A DNA stretch of 47,775 nt from Actinomycetota bacterium. GTDB taxonomy: Bacteria; Actinomycetota; Aquicultoria; UBA3085; Oleimmundimicrobiaceae. The position numbers were made by a program, and so were the translations under genes. The notes below the pieces were generated by a model. That model was given only the letters and a program-made list of their open reading frames with translations, ran no database searches and was not told where the DNA came from. The first letter of the stretch is position 1. Each line of letters starts with the position of its first letter. The stretch spans positions 1 to 47,775 of the forward strand of contig JBBIRY010000003.1 of assembly GCA_037441605.1 (NCBI GenBank). The letters are read 5' to 3'. This document shows, piece by piece, positions 29,308-38,502 of this stretch.

Positions 29308-30192
29308 TTAAGCCCTGGGATGGGCCTTGGAATAAATCTCTTTCAGTCTCGCCTTGCTTATTTGAGTATAGATTTGAGTCGAAGATAAATCAACGTGACC
29401 GAGGAGTTCTTGAATCGATCTAAGGTCAGCTCCGGATTCGAGTAAGTGTGTGGCGAATGCGTGACGAAGAACGTGGGGTGTCACATCGATCTCGAGTCCT
29501 ATCTTATCGATGTACTTCTTTAGAAGACGCCTGATGGAACCATCAGTAAGGCGTCCCCCGCTCTTATTTAGAAAGAGTGCTTTAGTTTCTGAGGTTAAGA
29601 GATCTCTTCTGCCCTTATCGATATAAATCTTAAGTTTAGTGAGAGCTTCATCATTTATGGGAACTATCCGCTCCTTGGCTCCCTTCCCAAAGACCTTAAT
29701 TTCACGTTCATTTGCATCGATATCATCGAGGTTTAGTCCGACTGCCTCTGATACCCTAATCCCGCTGCCATAGATGACTTCCAATATCGCTCTGTCCCTT
29801 AACCCCTGTAAAGTCGAAAGATCGGGAGCTGAAAGCAGTCTTTCAATAAGATCGAAAGAAAGGCTTCTTGGCAGGCGTTTTTCGCCCTTAGGAAAAGTGA
29901 GCAGGCTTGCGGGGTTTACCTTTATGAGCGCGGAGTTTTCAAGGTATCCAAAAAATGAGCGAACTGCGGTCAGCTTTCTTGCGATGCTTCTCTTTTTGAA
30001 ACCTAAGGTGTTCAAGTAAGAGAGGTAAGTCCTTAGAAGCTTGTGGTCGATGAGATTGACCTCTCCCCTTTCGGCTCTGAGCGCAAAGGAAGCGAATTGA
30101 TTAAGATCGGAGCGGTATGCCATTAGGGTGTGTTTAGACATATTTCTTTCAACTGAAAGATATTTTAGGAAACGCTCGATCTCTTGGCGCAT
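29308..30192 (-). CDS. xerC: Tyrosine recombinase XerC/XerD family
   Basis: RDRAILE..GIRVSE, GKG, TPHVLRHAFATHLL, LLGH, TQIY; follows dprA. Confidence 0.9.
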   Translation of the reverse strand: MRQEIERFLKYLSVERNMSKHTLMAYRSDLNQFASFALRAERGEVNLIDHKLLRTYLSYLNTLGFKKRSIARKLTAVRSFFGYLENSALIKVNPASLLTFPKGEKRLPRSLSFDLIERLLSAPDLSTLQGLRDRAILEVIYGSGIRVSEAVGLNLDDIDANEREIKVFGKGAKERIVPINDEALTKLKIYIDKGRRDLLTSETKALFLNKSGGRLTDGSIRRLLKKYIDKIGLEIDVTPHVLRHAFATHLLESGADLRSIQELLGHVDLSSTQIYTQISKARLKEIYSKAHPRA

Positions 30193-30199
30193 CTTTTTC

Positions 30200-31279
30200 C
30201 TATATTATTCTGATGTAGTTCTTGCCCAAGTCCTGTTTTATGTGGCCTATGATCTCGAGTTTTGTCAAGATTGAGACCGTCTCTTGAAGGCTTAAGTCTG
30301 CCTTTAGGATTATCTCGTCGATATGTTTTGGCTCGTAGCCCATAATATCGAGTATCATAAGCTCTCCTAAAGTTAATTTGAGCTCAAATGACTCCTTCTT
30401 TAACACCTCTAAGCCAAGTACCTCGATTATATCGGCTGCGCTTTCGACCAGGCAAGCCCCGCTTTTCAAAAGATGATGCGGTCCGCGGCTAAGTGGGCTC
30501 TTCACGCTTCCGGGAACGGCGAATACTTCACGGTTCTGTTCGAGCGCAAAATCTACCGTCAGCATTGCCCCGCTCTTTTCGGTCGCCTCAACGACCACCA
30601 CCCCTCTGGCTAAGGCACTGATCAGGCGGTTTCTGGCAGGAAAGTTCCATTTCAAGGGAGGAGTGTTATAGAAGTATTCACTGACTATGCTCCCTTCCTC
30701 GGCAATCCTTTTGTAAAGATTTTTATTTTCGGGAGGATAGATTACCTCATGGCCGCAGCCTAAAACCGCAATCGTTCCCCCTCTTCCCTCTAGGGCTCCA
30801 AGGTGAGCTGAAGAATCGATTCCCCGGGCAAGTCCGCTGATAATGGTAACTCCGGCCACGGAGAGTTCCTTTGCGATTTCGAAGGCGATGGCCTTCCCGT
30901 ATGCGCTCGCCCGTCTTGCTCCAACAATCGCCACGGCCTCTTTGAAGTTTTCAATCAGCTCCCCTTTAAAGAAGATAAGGCTTGGAGAAAGGGTTATCTC
31001 TTTTAAGTTTGCGGGAAAGAGGCCGCTCTTTTGAGAGAGCCAAGAGATCTTTCGCTTATCAAGTTCGCCCACAAGTTCAAGAAGGAGATCTTCACCGGAT
31101 GCTGAAACCAAATCAGCGCTTCGCCCAAGGAGGATGGACAGCTCTTGCCGGTAGCTTTCTCCCCCGGCCAACCAGGCCGCTTTAGGTGACCCATATTCGG
31201 CTATAAGTTTTTCAACTTTGGATGAGACCTGAGGGATTGCTGTAAGTCCGATCAGATAGATATCCTCGGTTATCCTCAT
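30200..31279 (-). CDS. dprA: DNA-processing protein DprA
   Basis: AIVGAR, SGLARGID, FPARNRLIS, VVEA..KSG, C-terminal winged helix. Confidence 0.95.
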   Translation of the reverse strand: MRITEDIYLIGLTAIPQVSSKVEKLIAEYGSPKAAWLAGGESYRQELSILLGRSADLVSASGEDLLLELVGELDKRKISWLSQKSGLFPANLKEITLSPSLIFFKGELIENFKEAVAIVGARRASAYGKAIAFEIAKELSVAGVTIISGLARGIDSSAHLGALEGRGGTIAVLGCGHEVIYPPENKNLYKRIAEEGSIVSEYFYNTPPLKWNFPARNRLISALARGVVVVEATEKSGAMLTVDFALEQNREVFAVPGSVKSPLSRGPHHLLKSGACLVESAADIIEVLGLEVLKKESFELKLTLGELMILDIMGYEPKHIDEIILKADLSLQETVSILTKLEIIGHIKQDLGKNYIRII

Positions 31280-31286
31280 CGGACTC

Positions 31287-32819
31287 CTAAATCTTTTGAG
31301 AGGGGTCGAAGCAGCGGTACTGGCAGGCCTCGGCCAAATGGATCACGTCGATCTTTTCGGAGGCGGCAAGATCTGCGATGCTGCGAGAGACTTTTAAGAC
31401 CTTATCGTAGCCCCTGCCGCTTAAACCCAATTTGTCGATGGCTGAATCCAGAAAGTCCTTAGCCTCCGCCGTGAGGCTGCAATGCTTCTTGATCTGGCGG
31501 GAGTTCATATTGGCGTTGGCGAGAATTGCCCCGCCATCAAAGCGCTCCCGCTGAATCTTCCTCGCTTTTTCCACCCGATCTCTTATCTCTTTTGAGGGCT
31601 CCCCTACCCTCTCTGCAATGAGGTCATCTTTGGTTAGCCTTGGAACCTCGATTTGAATATCGATCCGATCTAAAATCGGGCCCGATATCCTCGATCGATA
31701 CTGGTGAATCGAACTCAAGCTGCAGCTGCATTCTCTCTTTCGGTCGCCGAGATAACCGCAGCGGCACGGATTCATCGCAGCTACAAGCATAAAATTAGAA
31801 GGAAAGGTCAAGGTGGAGGAGGCCCTTGATATGGTGACGAGCCCCTCTTCTAAAGGTTGGCGCAAGACCTCCATGACGCTCTTTGGGAACTCGGGAAACT
31901 CGTCCAAAAAGAGAACGCCGTTATGACTCAAGCTGATCTCGCCTGGACGGGGAGATTGCCCCCCTCCGACAAGCCCGGCCATCGATATTGTGTGGTGAGG
32001 TGAGCGGATGGGCCTAAGTTCAATGAGGGCGTTTTTGCTGGGCAGCATATTGGCGACGCTATAGATCTTTGTCGTCTCGATCGACTCTTCAAAACTCATG
32101 GTAGGAAGGATTGTCGGTATCCTCTTTGCGAGCATCGTCTTGCCCGAACCCGGCGGACCGACCATCAAAATGTTATGACCGCCCGCTACAGCCACCTCTA
32201 CCGCCCTCTTGGCGTGATCCTGACCTTTAATATCATAATAATCGAGATGATCGGGGTCCTCCTCCTCTTTGGCCAGAGGAAAGCTATAACTGTGATTTGA
32301 GATGCTAACTCGTCCTTGAAAGTGATCGACTACCTCGGAGAGGGATGAAGCGGCTATCACCTTCAAATCTCCCATGAGCGCCGCCTCGTCGGCATTTTCA
32401 GTCGGAACTATCAATCCTTCTTTACCCGCCTTCTTGGCCAGCATAGCCATGGACAACACTCCGCTTATGGGTCTTAGGTCGCCGTTTAAGGAGAGCTCTC
32501 CGACGACCAGGAAACGGTCAATCCCTTTCTGAGCGAGTTGTTTGCTTGAAATTAGGATGGCTAGAGCTATCGGAAGATCGAAGGCCGGCCCCTCTTTTTT
32601 GAGGTCGGCCGGGGCCAAGTTGACTGTTATCCTCTTTAGAGGAAACTCGTACTCGGAATTGATGATCGAGAGCTTAACCCTCTCTTTAGCCTCTTGGATT
32701 GCGGCATCGGGCAAACCGACGATGGTGAAGGCGGGAAGTCCGGTTATCAGATCAGCTTCAACCTCAACCAGATTTGCGTCCATTCCATATAGCGCGCAGC
32801 TATCAACCCTTGCTACCAA
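31287..32819 (-). CDS. comM: YifB/ComM family Mg-chelatase-like AAA+ ATPase
   Basis: VNLAPADLKKEG, GPPGSGKT, RSPHH, PGEISL.HNGVLFLDE. Confidence 0.92.
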   Translation of the reverse strand: MVARVDSCALYGMDANLVEVEADLITGLPAFTIVGLPDAAIQEAKERVKLSIINSEYEFPLKRITVNLAPADLKKEGPAFDLPIALAILISSKQLAQKGIDRFLVVGELSLNGDLRPISGVLSMAMLAKKAGKEGLIVPTENADEAALMGDLKVIAASSLSEVVDHFQGRVSISNHSYSFPLAKEEEDPDHLDYYDIKGQDHAKRAVEVAVAGGHNILMVGPPGSGKTMLAKRIPTILPTMSFEESIETTKIYSVANMLPSKNALIELRPIRSPHHTISMAGLVGGGQSPRPGEISLSHNGVLFLDEFPEFPKSVMEVLRQPLEEGLVTISRASSTLTFPSNFMLVAAMNPCRCGYLGDRKRECSCSLSSIHQYRSRISGPILDRIDIQIEVPRLTKDDLIAERVGEPSKEIRDRVEKARKIQRERFDGGAILANANMNSRQIKKHCSLTAEAKDFLDSAIDKLGLSGRGYDKVLKVSRSIADLAASEKIDVIHLAEACQYRCFDPSQKI

Positions 32820-32827
32820 GGCTTCTC

Positions 32828-33190
32828 CTAAAAGGCGTTTTTAATGTGTTCTATATCAGTCCGCTCCGGTCCGAGGAGGATTGAGACAACATCGAAACGA
32901 ATCGCTCTCCCATCAAACGGATTTTTTGCAAGATAGGCTTCTGCCATACGGTAGATCTTCTTCTGCTTCAAAAGACTTACCGCCTCAAAGGGCTCACCGA
33001 ACTCCTTTGACGCCCTCGTTTTGACTTCGATAAAGACCAGATCTAGGCCATCTTTGGCAACGATATCAATTTCGCCCATCCTAAGTGAAAAATTTCTTTC
33101 GATTATTTCAAAGCCCTTAGAGGATAAGAGTTTTACCGCCATATCCTCGCCGGCCGCTCCTAGCCCTTTCAAACTAAGGGTTCCTTGCAT
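32828..33190 (-). CDS. yraN: YraN family (UPF0102) nuclease-like protein
   Basis: G..GE, GEIDIVA, VFIEVKTR, RFDVV; start moved to ATG 33190. Confidence 0.92.
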   Translation of the reverse strand: MQGTLSLKGLGAAGEDMAVKLLSSKGFEIIERNFSLRMGEIDIVAKDGLDLVFIEVKTRASKEFGEPFEAVSLLKQKKIYRMAEAYLAKNPFDGRAIRFDVVSILLGPERTDIEHIKNAF

Positions 33191-33812
33191 ATCTATTCTG
33201 AGCGGCCTCAACGGGAGCGAACGAAAAGCGGTGTACCTCTGGCAGAGGCCCATACCGTTCGATCAACTCAATGTGCTCTTGGGTGCAGTAGCCTTTATGG
33301 CAATCGAAGCGATATTTAGGATAACGATCGTGAAGCAATAGCATCAGGCGGTCACGTTCGACTTTGGCTAGGATTGAAGCGGCGGCGATAGTTAAAGATC
33401 TTCTGTCGCCGCCCTTAAGGGCGATAGAAGGTCCAGCCAGACCTTTAAGATCGAAGCCATCGATAAGAGAGTATCCGGGGGAAGGTACAAGGCTTAAAAC
33501 GGCACGCCCTAACGCCTTGAGGTTGGCCCTGTGGACACCGATCTCATCAATCTCGTCTTTTTCGACGGTCTCAATTGAAAACGAGACGGCCTTCTCTTTG
33601 ATCTCTTCGGCGAGCTTAAAGCGTTTTTTTGAGCTTAAGAGCTTGCTGTCGTTGAGGCCTTCAATCATTGAGTTATTGGATAGAATGACGGCAGCGGCCA
33701 CAAGCGGGCCGGCCATGGCACCGCGCCCTGCCTCGTCAGCCCCGGCGATATCCATAAAGCCGGATGCAATAAGTCTTGTTTCAAACTCGTAGGATGGGGT
33801 TTTGCTTTCCAA
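33174..33812 (-). CDS. rnhB: Ribonuclease HII
   Basis: GADEAGRG, DSK, IAAASILAKV.RD, HKGY. Confidence 0.96.
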   Translation of the reverse strand: MESKTPSYEFETRLIASGFMDIAGADEAGRGAMAGPLVAAAVILSNNSMIEGLNDSKLLSSKKRFKLAEEIKEKAVSFSIETVEKDEIDEIGVHRANLKALGRAVLSLVPSPGYSLIDGFDLKGLAGPSIALKGGDRRSLTIAAASILAKVERDRLMLLLHDRYPKYRFDCHKGYCTQEHIELIERYGPLPEVHRFSFAPVEAAQNRYARNP

Positions 33813-33857
33813 ACGTCTCTCCCGGCTCTTTTGAAACGATTTGGTTGCTGGATATAT

Positions 33858-33889
33858 ACAAAGATTCCATCATAAGATGGAATCTTTGT
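33858..33889. terminator. Perfect 14-bp inverted repeat, probable terminator after rplS
   Basis: ACAAAGATTCCATC-ATAA-GATGGAATCTTTGT. Confidence 0.7.
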
Positions 33890-33946
33890 GTTTTAGTTTA
33901 TCAATTTTTTCTACATTGACAATAGATTTTGATCAATAAAAGAAGT

Positions 33947-34294
33947 CTATCTTTTTTTCTCCCTCAGTTTCGCTCTCTTGCCGACCCTATCCCGCAGGAA
34001 ATAGAGTTTGGAGCGGCGTGCATGGCCACTGGAGACGATCTCCACCTTGACTATTTTGGGCGAATTAAACGGGAAGGTCTTTTCTACGCCGACCCCAAAT
34101 GAGAGCTTCCTTACCGTAAAGGTCTCAGTTGCACCTGAGCCCTGTCTGCGAATCACGATTCCCTTGAAGACCTGTACTCTCTCTTTGCTCCCCTCAATGA
34201 TCTTAAGGTGAACATTTACAGTATCGCCGATCTTTATTTGGGGAAGGTCGTCTCTGATGCCTTCGCGCTCAATGGTTTCGATTATGTTTTTCAT
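33947..34294 (-). CDS. rplS: 50S ribosomal protein L19
   Basis: [29 protein letters not shown]. Confidence 0.98.
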   Translation of the reverse strand: MKNIIETIEREGIRDDLPQIKIGDTVNVHLKIIEGSKERVQVFKGIVIRRQGSGATETFTVRKLSFGVGVEKTFPFNSPKIVKVEIVSSGHARRSKLYFLRDRVGKRAKLREKKR

Positions 34295-34327
34295 AGCTCT
34301 ATTACCCCCTTAAGATAACAAGAAGAA

Positions 34328-34336
34328 ATTATAACA
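34328..34336 (-). promoter_or_regulatory. Extended -10 element upstream of rplS
   Basis: TGTTATAAT on the minus strand. Confidence 0.55.
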
Positions 34337-34362
34337 CAGAGTTCCGATTTTGAGCAGGAATT

Positions 34363-35103
34363 TTAAGCTTCTTTATCGCTTTTTTTTAAAAGCTCTTTGT
34401 CCTCTTCTGAAAGGAAAAGCTCTTTGAAGAGGTCGGGCCTTTTCTCTTTTGTAATTTGGAGCATCTTTCCCCTTCGCCAGCGTCTTATCCGCTCGTGATC
34501 TCCGCTAAGGAGAACTTCGGGCACGGGATAGCCCATGTATTCGTTAGGCCTTGTATAATGGGGATATTCTAAGAGACCCGAGGTGAAGGACTCCTCAAGA
34601 AGGGAGTCTTCATCGCCCAAAACCCCTGGAATAAGCCTTACCACAGCATCGGAAAAAAGCATGGCCGGATATTCGGCTCCAGAGAGAACATAGTCGCCCA
34701 TTGATATTAGATCGTCGGCAAGATGATCGATGACCCGCTCATCTACTCCTTCATACCTTGGACAAAGAAGTATCAAGTGCTTCTCGCCGGCCATCCTTGC
34801 GGCTAAATTATGATCAAACCTAGCTCCCCTGGGCGAAAAGAGGACCACCTTGGGCTTTATCTCTGCCTCTCCACTTAAGGCCTTTACGGCTTCAAAGAAG
34901 GGCTGGGCCTTCATTACCATCCCCGGCCCGCCTCCGTAAGGCACATCGTCGACTTGGCCGTGTTTGTCGGACGTAAAATCTCTTAAGTCATGAACTCTGA
35001 TATCAAGAAGAGCTTTCTTTTTGGCTATTGCCAATATGCCGCTTTTAATGGGCGACTTAAAGATTTCAGGGAAGATGGTGACTATATCCAATTTCAAATC
35101 CAA
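34363..35103 (-). CDS. trmD: tRNA (guanine37-N1)-methyltransferase
   Basis: VDDVPYGGGPGMV, RYEGVDER, GDYVLSG, LEYPHYTRP. Confidence 0.97.
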   Translation of the reverse strand: MDLKLDIVTIFPEIFKSPIKSGILAIAKKKALLDIRVHDLRDFTSDKHGQVDDVPYGGGPGMVMKAQPFFEAVKALSGEAEIKPKVVLFSPRGARFDHNLAARMAGEKHLILLCPRYEGVDERVIDHLADDLISMGDYVLSGAEYPAMLFSDAVVRLIPGVLGDEDSLLEESFTSGLLEYPHYTRPNEYMGYPVPEVLLSGDHERIRRWRRGKMLQITKEKRPDLFKELFLSEEDKELLKKSDKEA

Positions 35104-35104
35104 A

Positions 35105-35620
35105 TCACTCCAGAAGTCCGTCCGGCGGATCGATGATTACGCGGCCTTTACCCGGATCTATCGAGTTTATGATCTCTTTGACAGCCGGGATCAAAAATCT
35201 TTTAGAATCGGAAGCGACGACGTAGATATCGTTTGCTTGAGATTGTAGGACCTCGACTACCTGGCCGACCTTTTCGTTTGAGAGAGTGAAGACATCAAGG
35301 CCGATTATCTGATCGAGCCAAAAACTACCCTCCTCAAGCTCATGACGGTCGCTCTCAAAGACGGCAAGAAAGGAGCCGGCGATAGCTTCGGCTTGGTTTC
35401 TATCATCCACGCCCTTGAACTTTACCCGTACCGCTTTCGGTCCGATGCTGCTCGATTCGATTAGAAGCTTGGCCAGAGTTCTGCTCTGATCGGTCTTTAA
35501 GAGGAGGGTTTGGCCTTTTTCGAATCTGTCCATAAAATCCGTGAGGGGGAAGACGTTAACCTCCCCCTTCAACCCGTGCGGTTTTATAATTTTGGCTACA
35601 TAAACGATAGACTCATCCAT
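35105..35620 (-). CDS. rimM: Ribosome maturation factor RimM
   Basis: PHGLKGEV, PRC barrel, ANDIY, LIPAV; start moved to ATG 35620. Confidence 0.94.
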   Translation of the reverse strand: MDESIVYVAKIIKPHGLKGEVNVFPLTDFMDRFEKGQTLLLKTDQSRTLAKLLIESSSIGPKAVRVKFKGVDDRNQAEAIAGSFLAVFESDRHELEEGSFWLDQIIGLDVFTLSNEKVGQVVEVLQSQANDIYVVASDSKRFLIPAVKEIINSIDPGKGRVIIDPPDGLLE

Positions 35621-35642
35621 GTCGGACCAGCCTCTACTCAAA

Positions 35643-35873
35643 TCAGTCGAGTATCTCGACTATGGCTTTCTTCCCTTCCTTGGTGGCAGACGCTTTGATG
35701 ATCGTCCTGATCGCTTTGGCAATTCGTCCTTCCTTGCCAATGACCTTACCTATGTCATCGGGGGCTACCTGAAGTTGAAGGATAACGGATTTGTCACCGT
35801 CAATCTGATTCACCTTAACCGCTTCAGAATTATCAACCAGAGCCTGAGCTAGAGTCTCCAAAAGTTCCTTCAT
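35643..35873 (-). CDS. khpA: KH-domain RNA-binding protein KhpA
   Basis: DIGKVIGKEGRIAKAIR; between rpsP and rimM. Confidence 0.93.
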   Translation of the reverse strand: MKELLETLAQALVDNSEAVKVNQIDGDKSVILQLQVAPDDIGKVIGKEGRIAKAIRTIIKASATKEGKKAIVEILD

Positions 35874-35889
35874 CTTACCTCCCGTGGGC

Positions 35890-36153
35890 TTACTTTACCG
35901 CTTCGAATTCTTTGCGAACGCCGGTTACCTCAAGCAACCTCTCAACGGTGTTGGTAGTCTGAGCTCCGTCTTTAAGCCACTTGAAGACCTTCTCCTTATC
36001 GAATTCGATGAAGGATGGTTCGGTCTTCGGGTCATACCTTCCGACGATCTCAAGAAATCTGCCGTCTCTGGGCATCCTGGAATCCGCAGCTACAATGCGG
36101 TAGAACGGCCTCTTCTTGCTGCCCGCCCTACTCAAGCGTATCTTTACAGCCAA
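35890..36153 (-). CDS. rpsP: 30S ribosomal protein S16
   Basis: [25 protein letters not shown]. Confidence 0.98.
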   Translation of the reverse strand: MAVKIRLSRAGSKKRPFYRIVAADSRMPRDGRFLEIVGRYDPKTEPSFIEFDKEKVFKWLKDGAQTTNTVERLLEVTGVRKEFEAVK

Positions 36154-36166
36154 ACGTTATCACCTC

Positions 36167-37510
36167 CTATAGATCGATTCTTGGTAAAAATTTCTTACCC
36201 ATTTTAGCATGAGTGTTTAATTTTCCAAATTGTTTCATCATCTTTTTGGTCTCATTGAACTGCTTCAAGAGCTGATTAACATCACTTGGAGCATGCCCTG
36301 AGCCCTTTGCGATCCTAGAACGCCTGCTACCGTTGATGATTTTCGGATCGCCCCTTTCCTCTTTGGTCATGGATGATATGATCGCCTCGATCCTTTTGAG
36401 ATGGCCGTCATCTATGGTCGGCAGTTTTTTCGCCTTTAAGCCCGGGATGTTTGGCATCATCGAAAGGATCTGATCGAAAGAGCCCATCTTCCTGATTTGC
36501 CGCATCTGTTCCAAAAAATCGTTCAGGTCAAGCTCGTCTCTCTTTATCTTTTCGGCCAATTTAGCCGTCTCTTCGGCATCAAAGGCCGCCTCGGCCTTTT
36601 CGATCAAGGTTAAGACATCGCCAAGACCAAGCATTCGCTGGGCGAAGCGATCGGGATGGAACTCTTCGAATCCATCGAGCTTCTCACTTGAGCTGATGAA
36701 TTTTATCGGCGAGCCGGTAACCGCTTTGATCGAAAGCGCGGCTCCGCCCTTGCTGTCTCCATCGAGTTTGGTGAGAACGAGCCCGGTAAAAGAGATTCGC
36801 TCCTTGAAGGAGAGGGCCATGTTTACGCCGTCTTGACCCATCATCGAATCGACGACCAGAAGAACTTCGCTGGGCCTAAAGGCCTTTTCAAGCTCAGAGA
36901 GTTCATCCATCATCTCTTGATCGACGTGAAGGCGGCCGGCCGTGTCGACGATGACGATATCGGCCCCTTCTTTGGTGGCCGCCTTTATTCCCCGCTCGAT
37001 TATATCCCTTGGATCTTTGGAATCTCTTTCCGAATAGAATGAGACCTCGATCTTTTGGGAGAGGCTCTCTAATTGATCTATAGCGGCAGGGCGATAGATA
37101 TCCGCTCCGATTAGAAGGGCGCGTTTGCCCCTGCTTTTAAGGAGTTTTGCAAGCTTTGCCGAGGAAGTCGTCTTGCCGGAGCCTTGGAGACCGATCATGA
37201 AGATTATCGTCGGCTTTTTTGGAGAGGTGTTGAGTTTGGTAAAATCTCGACCGAGAAGCTCGATGAGTTCATCTTTGACAATCTTTATTACTTGTTGAGC
37301 CGGGGTTAGGCTATTGAAGACCTCGCTTCCGACCGCCCGCTCCTTTATCTTGGCGATAAGCTCTTTTACCGCCTTGTAATTGGTATCCGCCTCCAAGAGG
37401 GCTATTCTGATCTCACGCAAGACCTCATCGACTACGGCTTCATTCAATCGGCCATGTCTTTTTAGCTTTGCAAATGTTTTTTGAAGTTTTTCGGTCAGGC
37501 TATCGAACAT
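36167..37510 (-). CDS. ffh: Signal recognition particle protein
   Basis: GLQGSGKTT, DTAGR, TKLDGD, M domain. Confidence 0.97.
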   Translation of the reverse strand: MFDSLTEKLQKTFAKLKRHGRLNEAVVDEVLREIRIALLEADTNYKAVKELIAKIKERAVGSEVFNSLTPAQQVIKIVKDELIELLGRDFTKLNTSPKKPTIIFMIGLQGSGKTTSSAKLAKLLKSRGKRALLIGADIYRPAAIDQLESLSQKIEVSFYSERDSKDPRDIIERGIKAATKEGADIVIVDTAGRLHVDQEMMDELSELEKAFRPSEVLLVVDSMMGQDGVNMALSFKERISFTGLVLTKLDGDSKGGAALSIKAVTGSPIKFISSSEKLDGFEEFHPDRFAQRMLGLGDVLTLIEKAEAAFDAEETAKLAEKIKRDELDLNDFLEQMRQIRKMGSFDQILSMMPNIPGLKAKKLPTIDDGHLKRIEAIISSMTKEERGDPKIINGSRRSRIAKGSGHAPSDVNQLLKQFNETKKMMKQFGKLNTHAKMGKKFLPRIDL

Positions 37511-37574
37511 TATTTTTCCTTAAGGTTTTTAATTGCTGAGTTGAAAGATACCACATAATCAATAAGGGCCGCCT

Positions 37575-38489
37575 TCAAACATCGGCACCCTCTCCAAAAA
37601 GAGCTGATGAATATTCCTTTGGATCGAATGGGCTCATATCAAGCAGGCCTTCCCCTTGACCGACATAGAGAATCGGTATGCCGAGTTCTCCCGCTATCGC
37701 AACGACCACCCCGCCCTTGGCGCTTCCATCGAGTTTGGTGAGTATGATTCCATCAAGAGATAGAGCTTCGTTGAATTCTTTGGCCTGAACGATGCCGTTC
37801 TGGCCGGTGGTTGCGTCTATAACCATTAGGGTGATGACCGCATCGTCGCCAAGCTCCCTCACTGAAACCCTCTTTATCTTTTTTATCTCCTCCATAAGAT
37901 TGCGGTCATTGTGGAGACGGCCGGCCGTATCGATCAGGATTATCTCTTTTTTTCGAGATTTTGCCGCAGCGATGGCATCATGGACAACAGCGGCCGGGTC
38001 TCCACCGATTTGATGGGAGACTATGTCAACCTTTAGGCGTTCAGCCCAGATCGATAGCTGCTTATCTGCAGCCGCCCTAAAAGTATCCCCGGCTCCAACC
38101 ACCAGGCCCAAACCTCTATCCAGAGCGATCTTAGCAAGTTTGGCAAGGGAGGTGGTCTTACCGGTTCCGTTCACGCCAACAAGAATGATCGCCTTGGGAT
38201 GGGGTTCTGCAAACGGGTCGATGGTCGAAATAGATATTTTCTCCTCAATTATCTTGACCAAGCTCGCCCTGAGTTCATCTGTTGGAAGATTTTTCGTCTC
38301 GCCTGCCTTAAGTCTTAAGTCCAAAAGGACGGACTCGGTTTGGCTAAGGCCCATATCGGTCATTATGAGGGCCTCTTCTAATTCTTCAAAGAAGCTCTCA
38401 TCAATCGCTCTTTTGGAAAAAGGCAGTTTTAAGTGGCTTAAAAGGTTTTCTCGGCTTTTTTTTAGACCGTTTTGGAATCTGTTCAGCAA
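37575..38489 (-). CDS. ftsY: SRP receptor FtsY
   Basis: GVNGTGKTT, DTFRAAA, DTAGRL, TKLDGSAKGG. Confidence 0.97.
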   Translation of the reverse strand: MLNRFQNGLKKSRENLLSHLKLPFSKRAIDESFFEELEEALIMTDMGLSQTESVLLDLRLKAGETKNLPTDELRASLVKIIEEKISISTIDPFAEPHPKAIILVGVNGTGKTTSLAKLAKIALDRGLGLVVGAGDTFRAAADKQLSIWAERLKVDIVSHQIGGDPAAVVHDAIAAAKSRKKEIILIDTAGRLHNDRNLMEEIKKIKRVSVRELGDDAVITLMVIDATTGQNGIVQAKEFNEALSLDGIILTKLDGSAKGGVVVAIAGELGIPILYVGQGEGLLDMSPFDPKEYSSALFGEGADV

Positions 38490-38502
38490 CTGATCTCACC
38501 CA

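Noticed and set aside
29308-30192. Integrase of a prophage or genomic island
   Set aside because: Housekeeping XerC/D-type sequence in the usual dprA context, with no att repeats or cargo genes
5363-35641. Long N-terminal extensions in the ORF track (nrdR, iorB, FmdB-family, cupin, def, RlpA-like, yraN, rimM)
   Set aside because: Downstream starts fit the RBS position and family N-termini better; the extensions overlap neighbours or promoters
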